Shown here: in pieces, positions 1 to 9,460 of the stretch
Layout: each line of letters starts with the position of its first letter
Numbering within the stretch: position 1 is the stretch's first letter
DNA from: Jimgerdemannia flammicorona
Lineage: Eukaryota
NCBI GenBank assembly: GCA_003990765.1
Contig: RBNJ01000016.1
Coordinates: 1-62,451 of the forward strand
Length of the DNA stretch: 62,451 nt
Direction of reading: 5' to 3'
Notes under the pieces: model-generated
Told to the model about the DNA's origin: nothing
Databases searched by the model: none
Seen by the model: only the letters and a program-made list of their open reading frames with translations
Made by a program: the position numbers and the translations under genes

Positions 1-915
1 GACCTTGAACCCAACATCCACAATCTCGCCATACTCCTTGATCGCCTCCACAACCAACTCCCTGGTCCTTTCCTTTGACACCATAGGGAGGTCCAGCACC
101 GTCAACTGCACCACCCGGGGGTCCCAGCGCATACACCTGGCCATAGGGACCACAACCCTGCCAACCATTACCCACTTCTCCATGGCCACCAACAAGGCAT
201 CTTCCTCCTCAAACCCCACCTCAACCCCTTCCTTTCCCCTCAAGAACTTCACCGACGCTGCTCCCTTAGCCTCCTGCGCCACCAGCCCCAGAATCATCAT
301 CGCCGTCACTGCCAAGCCCCGGAAGCACATCGTGACCGCGAATTCAGACCTCGACTTCTTGAGTAACGGGGCTGACACCATGTCCGTCACCCCATCCGCC
401 AGGTCCCCAGGCCTCGTGCCCACCCCAAGTCCAGAATTGCCAACCGCCGTCACATCTGGATTTTTTGCTAGATCCCCAGTCACAGCCCCATCAACAGTCA
501 CATCTCCAGCCCCTACTTCGGCCCCTTCCCTACCACCAGAAGTGCCCTGGGGTGCACCTCCCTGACCCTCAGCAGCAGCCATCAATGCCTTCCCCAGGCC
601 CAGCCAACCATCCAACCCAGAAGCCATCTTCCCCATCCTGACCTTGTCAGCAAAGGTCGACCGCTCCCCTTCTCGCTGCCTCAGACCGCCCCTCCCTCCA
701 CCGCTGGGGCCTCGGCTAGCCATCGAGGCCCCTGGCATCCCCAAACCATCTCCCCTCCTCCCCACCTGCTGCCAGCCAAAGGCGCTGTCACCCCCCTGGC
801 CAGTACGCTCACCAGATCGATTGTTGCCGTCCATGTTGTTAGTTGTCGGACACCAAAAATGTTGTAAAAAATGTTGTCTGAGTCTTGTGTCACCCGAATG
901 GTACTGGTGAAAGGT
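1..915 (-). mobile_element. 5' part of L1/Tx1-type LINE (LINE-1), inserted in the RNase H region of Gypsy A; runs off the left edge
   Basis: Minus strand from ATG at 834 reads MDGNNRSGERTGQGGDSAFGWQQVGR...TFADKV, homologous to ORF1 starts at 26224 and 37350. Its 5' terminus CACCTTTCACCAGTACCATTCGGGTGACAC resembles those of the other two copies. Confidence 0.88.
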
Positions 916-942
916 GCCTGAGGGCTCTGGCTTGTTGAACAA

Positions 943-2120
943 TCATTGTAGAGCTTGATGGTCAGTGATGAGGGCGAATCTCTTTCCCAAGAGATAGTGT
1001 CGGAAGTGGTCCACAGCCCAAACTACTGCTAGGCATTCCAACTTAGTGGCTCCATAGTTCACTTGTGTTTCATTTGTGGCCTTGCTAGCATATTCGATAA
1101 CATTCTCCCTCTTCTGGTTGTCTTGCTGAGACAGAATTGATCCAAGTCCTAAGGCTGAGGCATCAGTTGCCAGGATGAATGGTTTACCAAAGTCTGGTCG
1201 CACTAGGACAGGGGCTTTGGTAAGGGCCTTCTTGAGTAGGTCGAATGACTTTTGTTGTTCTTCTTTCCAGTAGAATGGTTGATCCTTCTTGGAGATATCT
1301 CGGAGAGGTACTGCCTTATCTGAAAACCTTGGGATGAATTGTCGATAGTAGGATGCCAGCATGAGGAAAGATAGGGTCTCCTTTGCTGAGGTCGGGGTTG
1401 GGTAGTTCTTGACTTTCTCTACCTTGCAGGGGTCGGCATGTGTTCCTTGAGCTGAGACAACATATCCCAGATATTCAACTTGATGTTTTCTGAAGAAGCA
1501 CTTCTTGGCATTGAGTCTGAGTCCTGAATTTTGAATGGTATTAAATACTTCGCAGAGGTCTTGCAAATGCAGCTCGAATGTCTCAGAGTAGATGATTACA
1601 TCATCTATGTATACTAGTACATTTCTTCCAATGAGGTCCCGGTAGACATAGTTCATCATTCGTTGGAATGAGGCAGGTGCATTGCAGAGTCCAAAGGGCA
1701 TTTGTAGGTATTCATACTATCCTCATCTGGTGATGAAGGCTGTCTTGCAGATATCTTCTTTGGCAATGGGTATTACTTGGAATCCTTGGAACTGGTCAGT
1801 AGTGGTCATGTACTTGGCTTTTCCGAGGGCATTGATGAGGTCATCAATTCTTGGCAGTGGGTAGGCGTCTTCTGTGGTGACTTTGTTGAGTTTTCTGAAA
1901 TCTATGACTAATCTCCATCCTCCTTTCTTTGGTACTATGATTGCTGGTGAAGCCCAGGGGCTTGATGATGGTCTGATGACTCCATTTCATAGCATTTCTT
2001 CTATGTGTTGTTGTTTGAATTCAATCAGATGACGTGGTGTTCGGTAGGGTCATTGTCGGATTGGTCTTGCATCTCCAGTATGATAGGGTGTTCTCCGTAT
2101 TGATATGGTGGGAAGTTATT
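943..2120 (-). pseudogene. pol: Gypsy A reverse transcriptase-RNase H (nonsense stops)
   Basis: MPFGLCNAPASFQ, YIDD, TDASALGLG, ECLAVVWAVDHFRHYLLG, ITDHQAL in ORF 943-1701; upstream IRPSSSPWASP and IDFRKLNKVT motifs. Confidence 0.95.
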
Positions 2121-2593
2121 ATATGTGGTGGTAAACATATCTTTGTACTCCTCTATCAACTCCTGTATCTGTTGTTGCTGGTCCTTGGTTAGAGTTGTCT
2201 TGATGTCGATGGCTTTGATTGCTGAATTTGCTGAGTCTTCCTCCCTGGTTCTGTCAGTCTCACCAGAGAGGACTTGCCGTTTCCCAAGAATTCGAAGACT
2301 TCTTCCTCATAGGTGTCTATCAGTGGTTCGAAATATCCCAGTGTTATTCCCTTGGGGATAGTTATCACTTCGAAGCCCAAGTTTCTGATAGGGATGTGGA
2401 TCGGTGACATCTGGTCATGAATTCATTCTTCAGCCAGGAGGATGTGGTATTCTTTTTGAAGCTCCAGTGATGGTGCAAATATCAAGTTGTTTGCTTCTAC
2501 TGGTAGGTGCATGTCTAGGCCTTTTTGCTAGTAGGGCTGCGGGAGGATGTCTTCTCTTGCTTGGATTCGGTAGCAGATGTGGGGTCTCATTTG

Positions 2594-3412
2594 TCAGAAT
2601 TGAGCAACTGTTGCTAAATGAACCTCGATAGGTGGTGTCCATAGATTTCTATTGGTGCTTCCAAAGTCTCCTTGTCCTCTGTTGGTATCTTCTAGTTGGT
2701 CTACCTCTTGGATGGTCGGCTGTGATGTCTTGATAAACAGGATTTGGCAGATGGCTTCCATAGGACTGAAGAATAGGCTGGTTCTACTAGAATTGCGGAT
2801 AATGGCCTTCAAGGGATCTCGGTAGTCCTGATTGATGACTCCTCCTTCTACTGTGACTCCTTTGGTTGCCAATGAGGATCTTGAGGTCAATTGTCCATAA
2901 TGCCCAGGTGGTATAGCGAGTGCAATCTGTAGGTCAGAAATCCTGGTACTTCTGGGTCGGATTCTTGCTTGGTAGGGGAGGCAAAGGTCATAACCAACTG
3001 ATCCTTCTGTTTGTGCAAGAGGTGGCTGTACCCAGGGTGAAAGCAGCTTGACCTGGATAATTGGTTGAGCCTTGAGAAATGGCGCTTCAGCTGTTGCTAT
3101 TGTAGGTGAGAAGTCCATGTGCTCTGGTTTAAAGAAAGGCCAGTGAGCTCCTGTCTTTGAGTTTCTTGTGTAATTGAATCCAGTCTTTTCTAGAGGGTCC
3201 AGAGCTTCCATAAGGATGAAGGCAAGATTGATACCTTCTTTTCCTTGATGAGGGCGGCAGTACCAGCGAATAATGGCAAGAACTTCCAATGGTAGGTCCC
3301 AGATAGAGGTCTTGCTCTTGAACTTGCAATCTCCTTCATAGTTGATTTCTTTGCACTTCCAACAGGCCCAGCGAATTCGAGGTTCTTGCAGGGTGGGATC
3401 CTTTCTCTTCAC
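2594..3412 (-). CDS. dut: Gypsy A pol segment with trimeric dUTPase domain
   Basis: GSVGYDL, GQLTSRSSLA, GGVINQDYR, ICQILF, RGQGDFGST correspond to dUTPase motifs 1-5; some catalytic positions appear mutated. Confidence 0.9.
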   Translation of the reverse strand: MKRKDPTLQEPRIRWACWKCKEINYEGDCKFKSKTSIWDLPLEVLAIIRWYCRPHQGKEGINLAFILMEALDPLEKTGFNYTRNSKTGAHWPFFKPEHMDFSPTIATAEAPFLKAQPIIQVKLLSPWVQPPLAQTEGSVGYDLCLPYQARIRPRSTRISDLQIALAIPPGHYGQLTSRSSLATKGVTVEGGVINQDYRDPLKAIIRNSSRTSLFFSPMEAICQILFIKTSQPTIQEVDQLEDTNRGQGDFGSTNRNLWTPPIEVHLATVAQF

Positions 3413-3680
3413 TCGGCTCTTGTAGACATCTTCGCTGAGATGAACATCTCGATGTTCACACCAGTGGCAGGTAAAGGTCTTTCCACAATCACAATGTCCC
3501 TTCTTGACAAAGTCTTCATTTCACTGTTTGACTTCCCTACTGGTAGGGAATCTCTTCCGATACTTGTCATAGGTGGGCTGTGTGATCTGGAGGGCCCAGG
3601 TGATAGTGTAAGAGCTGCTGCTTTCTTCTTTGATGGTAAGAGACTCGAATGTTTGGCAGGCAAGGATCTTCTGTCCTTCC

Positions 3681-4826
3681 TTATAGGTCTTCTTGAAGAT
3701 CTTTGGGGTTGGAGGATTTATTCAACAGTGCTTGCTTCAATTCATCCTTGTCATCAATTTCTGGCATTGGAACCTTCTTGAGATCCAGGATTCGGCAATT
3801 GCTGCAATCATCTCTTGGTGAGTGAAAGCTGATGAAATGTTCACATATGCCTTGACGAAAGGCTCGCATGATCCGATTTTCTACCAGTGGTGGTGGTGGT
3901 TGAGCAGATGGTCCTACAAACTCAAGTACTGCCCTTTCATTAATGGCTCTATCAATGCTTTCTTCCAGACCTTCAACACCAATGACTCCAATGAAAGAGT
4001 CTTCTTGTTCGCTTTCTTGGTCCCTTGGGGCATCAAAATCACTTCCTAGTTCTTCCAGGAAATTGGCCTCGCTTTCATCCTCAGTAGTAGTGGGGGTGTC
4101 GCCATGTCCTTGCCATTCTGTTTCTGAGGCTTGATTCGTCCTTTTGGATAATCCTTTCGAGTCAATGGGCACCTTGTGCTTCTGTCCATGAATGGAGAAG
4201 ACCAGGAGTTGTTTCTTGATATCTACATTGGCTCCAACTCGGCTTAACCAGTCAGTTCCCAGAATCAGGTCATAGGAGGTTGCGGGGGTCACGACAGCTT
4301 TGGGTACATTGAGGCAGGCCTTTCCAACTTGAATGGGGATGTCTCTGACAAGTCCAAGGGGTGTGGAAGCTGATCCATTGGCCATGATAACTCTTGCTTT
4401 GGTTCCTTCATCTATTCCCCATCCAATTTGCTCCAACATCCTTTGGGTGATGATGCATACTGCTGCTCCAGTATCGACTAGAATTCTGGCATTTTCACCA
4501 TGCACTTTTCTATTGACAAGTCTTGTAGATTGATGTCCATGTCGCTGGCTCTCATGGGCTGTGTGGATAGTGCTAGGTTCTTGAGTGTGTGGTCCTTGGA
4601 CTGGAAGTCTCTTGGTATCTTCCTTGGCTTCTTTCAGGAATTTTTGCCTGACCTCTGGTGTATTCTTGAGGACTTGCTCGACTGTAAGACCAGTATTCTG
4701 TAGGCGGATATGTTTCCAAAGTGAGGCTGCTGCATGGGGCTTGCTGCTTCTTCGGTGTCTTGGTCCCTTGGGGTGTAGTCTCTCATTCCTGATGGGCATT
4801 TCGTCAGCTGAAGATTCTATGCTCAT
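3681..4826 (-). CDS. Gypsy A aspartic protease plus acidic/Cys-rich linker
   Basis: ILVDTGAAVC and YDLILGTDWL retropepsin motifs. Confidence 0.9.
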   Translation of the reverse strand: MSIESSADEMPIRNERLHPKGPRHRRSSKPHAAASLWKHIRLQNTGLTVEQVLKNTPEVRQKFLKEAKEDTKRLPVQGPHTQEPSTIHTAHESQRHGHQSTRLVNRKVHGENARILVDTGAAVCIITQRMLEQIGWGIDEGTKARVIMANGSASTPLGLVRDIPIQVGKACLNVPKAVVTPATSYDLILGTDWLSRVGANVDIKKQLLVFSIHGQKHKVPIDSKGLSKRTNQASETEWQGHGDTPTTTEDESEANFLEELGSDFDAPRDQESEQEDSFIGVIGVEGLEESIDRAINERAVLEFVGPSAQPPPPLVENRIMRAFRQGICEHFISFHSPRDDCSNCRILDLKKVPMPEIDDKDELKQALLNKSSNPKDLQEDL

Positions 4827-4829
4827 ATG

Positions 4830-7007
4830 CTCATCTTCTTCAAGGTCTGGCAGGGTAGAGCTGGGGGTTGTCCTAGATGGTCCGGCTTCTGGTTCAGGAG
4901 TATCTCTTCTAACTCACTTCTTCTGTTCTTGTGGGGTGTCTGAAGAAGAATGGCCATGTCGTGGATGCTTGCCTGTGGATATTGTTACTGGCAGTTGAGG
5001 TGGGGGGTTCCTTCGTGGTCTTCCTCATCCTCTGGTTTCTGCAGGGGCAGCTTCCCATGTCACCTTGGATAGAAAAGCCTTGAAGTATGGGTAGGTATCA
5101 TCTTCTTGACCATGGAGCCAGGCTGCTTCTTCTTCCATCTCCTGAGTCTCTTCATCTACCTGAAAGAGGTTGACATTTCTGTAATTGGACTGGGTGGATT
5201 GGTTCCTTGGACAATTCCTCTGGATGTGGCCTTGATTTCTGCAGTTGAAGCAGGTGGGATCATAGGAACCAGTTACTGATGAGACTGTAGTTGCAGCTGG
5301 TAGTGTGGGGGTGGGACCTCTGTTGTCTTGTTGCCAGTAGTCTGGTCTGTTATCATGATGGTAGTCTTGTTGTCTTCCACCTTGGTTCTTCAGCTGGGCA
5401 ACCGCGATGGCCAGGTCCTTCATTTGCTTGGTGAGCATTGTCATGGGGTCTTCTTGAACTCTTGGTGGTGGCTGCTGCTGTGGTTGCCTGAATGGAGTCG
5501 GATTTGTGGGTACTGGTCTGTTCCCATAGTTGGCTATCTGGGCTCTGAGGAAGGCATTCTCTTGCTCCATGGTTGTTCCTCGGGTCCTTGGGGTTTCAGC
5601 TCGGATTGGCTCATGATAGCCTTGTACTTGTTGTACTGGTCTATAATCTGCTTCCCAACATCCTTGTGCTCCAGCAACTTGCTGTTCAATGATTCAATAT
5701 CCCATCCTGATAACTTGCCTTCAGAGTTCTGGGTATAAGCCATTGAGGAAGGTAGTTGAGGCTAGAGCCAGTTGGACTGCTGGTTGAAGGTTCGCCTTGA
5801 TCATTTGAGCTTGAATCCAATGGTAGAAACTCTTGGGGGTTTCATTGACAGCTTGGCTCATATAGGTCAAAGCCTCCTGTGCTTCTTGTTGGCGCTCAAA
5901 TCCATTGAACTGGGCATGGAGCCAGGCTTTGTGAATCATGTACCTTGCTACATGGTGTCTATCAGGTTGAAGGCCATCATTCAGTTCCTCTGCATGGATT
6001 CCTCCTCTGGCTTGCTTGGCTTGATTATACCTCTGTAGGGCTGGTCCTCTCAGGAGTGACTCTACAATTCTGAGTTTTCTTGCAGCATCCCATTGTTTGG
6101 TGGCTGCTTGGACTTCAATTTCTCCAAAGAATTCCACGATATCTTCATTGTCTGCACTATGGAACTTCTGAAGATAGCTCATGTCTGGCTCGTCTTCAAT
6201 ATCTGAGTATTGTTCAGGGGTAGGGGATCTGGCAGATCCTTGGGGTGATGGGGAAGGTGGTGGTGCTAGTACTTGATGAACTAGTGGTGCTGGCAGAGGG
6301 CGGTGTCTTGGTGAGAGTGAGGGTAATCTGGCTCTTCTAATTAATACTGGGGTTGAAGTCCTGGGTAGTGGTGGAGATCCTCTGATTGACTAGTGATAGT
6401 GGTGAGGTGTGAGTGACCAGGGTACTGAAGTTTGAGCAACTGATGGTGGGAGTGGACTGATATAACTGATAGTGAGTTCATCTGCCCCTTGCTGTTGTGA
6501 AGTAGTGAGGTCTTGTTTGCCTTGCTGTGGGTTTGTATCACTGTCTGGATAATAGTGTAGGTTGAATTCGTCCCTTTGATGGTCTGATCCCTAATCGTCA
6601 TCTTGCTCTGGTTGATATGGATGGTAGTCCTCTTCTCCTTCTGATGTTTCAAAGTTTACCTGGTCTAGTGGAGTGACTTGAGTAACAACAGTAGTTATAT
6701 AGTCACTTCCATCTGAGTTCTTCCTATGGATAAGGGTCTGATACTCCTTGGGGATATCCTCTTCTTCTTCTTGGTCTAAGTCTTGGATCTGAAGGGGCGG
6801 TTCTGGTTGTCCTCTAAGTTGTCTCCTTTCTCTTGAAGTCAAACTGTAATCTGGGTCACTTCTTTCTTCGGATTCGGTTTTCTGGCTACTGGTGTTGAAT
6901 AGAGTCCTGGCTACTGTTCTGACAAGGGTGTGGGCTTTCTTTTCTGCTGAGGAGGGCTGTTGCTGGCCCTGGTTTGGTTGCTGACTTGGTCCTGCTATGT
7001 TCTCCAC
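4830..7007 (-). pseudogene. gag: Gypsy A gag (frameshifted), with acidic/Pro-rich N-terminal extension and CCHC knuckle
   Basis: Capsid-like ORF 5721-6182; CFNCRNQGHIQRNC knuckle in ORF 5025-5570; first ATG at 7007 just after the PBS. Confidence 0.8.
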
Positions 7008-7059
7008 TGTAGATAGCTGGGTTCTTGAGCCAAATGGTCAAGTCTTTTTTTGAAAACTT

Positions 7060-7076
7060 TCCCAGTTGAGCCCCCA
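7060..7076 (-). promoter_or_regulatory. Primer-binding site, tRNA-Pro type (TGGGGGCTCAACTGGGA)
   Basis: Follows ...CA+TTT LTR end; resembles the known Pro PBS TGGGGGCTCGTCCGGGA; nearly identical site in element E. Confidence 0.75.
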
Positions 7077-7425
7077 AAATGTGGAATACAGTTTGTATCT
7101 TTGGTATCTTCAAGCACAGCTCAATGTGCCACTTGGTGGAGCACGCGGTATATAACTGAGTACATTTGCGACGGTTGTGGGTCAATGGTCACGTGATCGG
7201 TTCATCCGATTCATACGGTGGAGGCTCGGTTGTTTAGTGGTTGATGAATTTTCCTAGCAGCGAATTACTTCTCAAATGTATACGGTTCGTAGCACAGTGG
7301 GTAAAGGGGAACTCGTCTGTCTGACTTGTTAGATGAATGATGATGGTGCTGGCTTTCCTAAGCTAAGTATCCTTGGGTTCCTTAGCTGGGGTCTTAACAC
7401 TTGAATGGCAGGTCTCGAATGCGTG

Positions 7426-7952
7426 GTCTTGAACCTCGAATGGCGGTTGGCTCCGAATGCATGGTGGTTGGGCTGGCGGGATCTCAGCGGTGGTTGGCGG
7501 TTTTTGTGTGGCTTTCCTTTAGTGGTGGGTCTTAAATGTTTTCCATGGCAAGAGAAAATTCTTTAACTCAAACCTCGAGCGATCATTGCTCTAGTTATCT
7601 TGTTCTCAGAATTTATCTGGTCTCTTGGAGGCAGTGAGGTTTCTCTGTAATCCTTTTTACTTTAAACACAAACTGACTGTCTTGAATCTCGAATGGTGGT
7701 TGGCTCCGAATACATGGCGGTTAGGTCGAATGCTCGTCGGTTGGGCTGGCAGGATCTCGGCAGCAGTTGGCGGTTTTTTGTGTGGCTTTCCTTTAGCAGC
7801 GAATCTTGAACATTTTCCGTGGCAAGAGAAAATTCTTTAACTCAAATCTCGAGCAATCATTGCTCTAGTTATCTTGTTTTCAGAATTTATCCGGTCTCTT
7901 GGAGGCAGTGAGGTTTCTCTGTAATCCTTTTTACTTTAAACACAACTGACTG
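7426..7952. repeat. Tandem duplication (2 x ~255-270 bp) within LTR A
   Basis: Block GGGCTGGC...TTTACTTTAAACACAA(A)CTGACTG occurs at ~7470-7679 and ~7743-7952. Confidence 0.9.
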
Positions 7953-8073
7953 AGGTTTATTCACTCTGAGATATAGGGTTATTTATATAAATATGCTAGC
8001 TATGGGGGGGGGGGCTAAGGTATATTACGTTGTGGTGGTTAATTGCTGAATATGGGTGCGACAATTGTTTGTG

Positions 8074-8327
8074 CTGAATTGGGATAAGATGAGTGCTAGT
8101 GCTGGATATGGATGTTGTGGGTGGTATCGCTGAAAACAGATATTGCTGACTTGCTGACAAACAGTGGCTGACTGGACTGAGGAAACGGACGTTGGATCAC
8201 TGAATTGGGATAAGATGAGTGCCTGTGCCAGATTCAGTTGTTGGGGGTGATATCACTGAAAACGGATGTTGCTGACTTGCTGACAAATGTTGGCTGACCG
8301 GACTGAGGAAATGGACATTGGATCACT
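8074..8327. repeat. Tandem duplication (2 x ~126 bp) within LTR A
   Basis: CTGAATTGGGATAAGATGAGTGC...TTGGATCACT repeated twice. Confidence 0.85.
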
Positions 8328-9251
8328 TTAAATGGTAAAGTACCCTTTGTCAGTGAACCAATCATCTTGCTGGGTTGTGACTTCTTCATTCCATTCTTCA
8401 AAGGGTTGGAGCGCCGGCCAGGAGGTGAGGGGGTAGAATTGTGGCCAATCATCTTCGATGACATTCTCCAACCCTTGGACTGCTTGAAGGTGGACAGAGG
8501 ATTGGTAGATTCTTTGTTCCTCCTCTTCTTCTTTCTCCGATCCTTCAGTTTCTGTGTTGGTAGGGACTTCTGGGACTTCTTGATTTGGTTCCCAAACGAT
8601 GAGGTGTGAATTGTAGCTGACAGGGTGGTGAGTAGTTGGGGTTGCTCCAACAGGTGTTGTAATGGTAATGGGTGGTCCTTCAAAGATTTCCATGAGACTC
8701 ATTAGGTGACCTTGATGGTTGTCTCAGAGTGGAGTGGTGTGAAAGCCTGGTTGAGTGGGCTCGGTTTGTTGGCTTCCTACAGCGACCCAGTTACTACCAA
8801 TAGAGTTGGCTACTTCTGATTCTATCCAGTCTGCATCTTCAGTTGAGAGATGGGCAAGACTTCCAGCAGTCACTCCTTGCAAGTATGCTATAGCCTAGGG
8901 AATATGGTGGAAGATTTGGTGAACACGGAGGACTCTCTTGATTAGCCAGCTGGTGGTTAGCATTTCGGCAATGAGGTCTTCCTGGTCGTCTTCTTGGGTT
9001 TCATTACGAAGGCAGTGTCCAATTTCGTAATCATGCCAGAGGGTCATTCGTTCAGTGGTATCTTTGAGCTGTTGGGTCATTATGTACCAGTAATTGATGA
9101 AGTGTCCAAGGTCCTCGGTGTAGAAGTTCAGATGTTCGGAGGTGTCTGGGCACCAAATAGCCTTCTTGATAGCTTCAAAGATTAGAGTCTTTGGGCCAGG
9201 CAAGGGGGAAGAGCGGCGGGAGGTCTAATTGAGGTAGCGAATAAGAGGCAT
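8328..9251 (-). pseudogene. Accessory ORF (~307 codons, in-frame stops) inside LTR A, unknown function
   Basis: ATG at 9251 is in frame with ORFs 8895-9203 and 8328-8702; homologous to 15405-15758 and 49280-49768. Confidence 0.8.
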
Positions 9252-9460
9252 TATGTGGTGGGTACTTGTTCTTTGGTGCTGATTCCTGAGGCAGAGTATG
9301 GTTCTTTAAATAATGTGGTCTTCCTTTTGGCTTGGTTTATCATTGCTCCTTTTGGGGTGATCACCTAATGGGTCAGGCTGTCTATTCAATTGTCATGCCA
9401 TTATATCGTCTGATCTTAGCAGTCACTGGTACTCTGTTGTCAATTGTGTACATTACAACA

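Larger units (their letters stand above)
916..9457 (-). mobile_element. Ty3/Gypsy LTR retrotransposon A (5' LTR, PBS, gag, PR, dUTPase, RT, RNase H; remainder beyond LINE-1/window edge)
   Basis: Ordered domain motifs on minus strand, PBS at 7060-7076, putative LTR start TGTAATG at 9457 (same start as the E LTR). Confidence 0.9.
7080..9457 (-). repeat. Putative 5' LTR of Gypsy A (~2.4 kb) containing an ORF
   Basis: TG...CA ends, adjacent PBS, TATA/AATAAA motif at 7948-7989. The partner LTR is not in the window, so the 9457 boundary is inferred. Confidence 0.65.
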
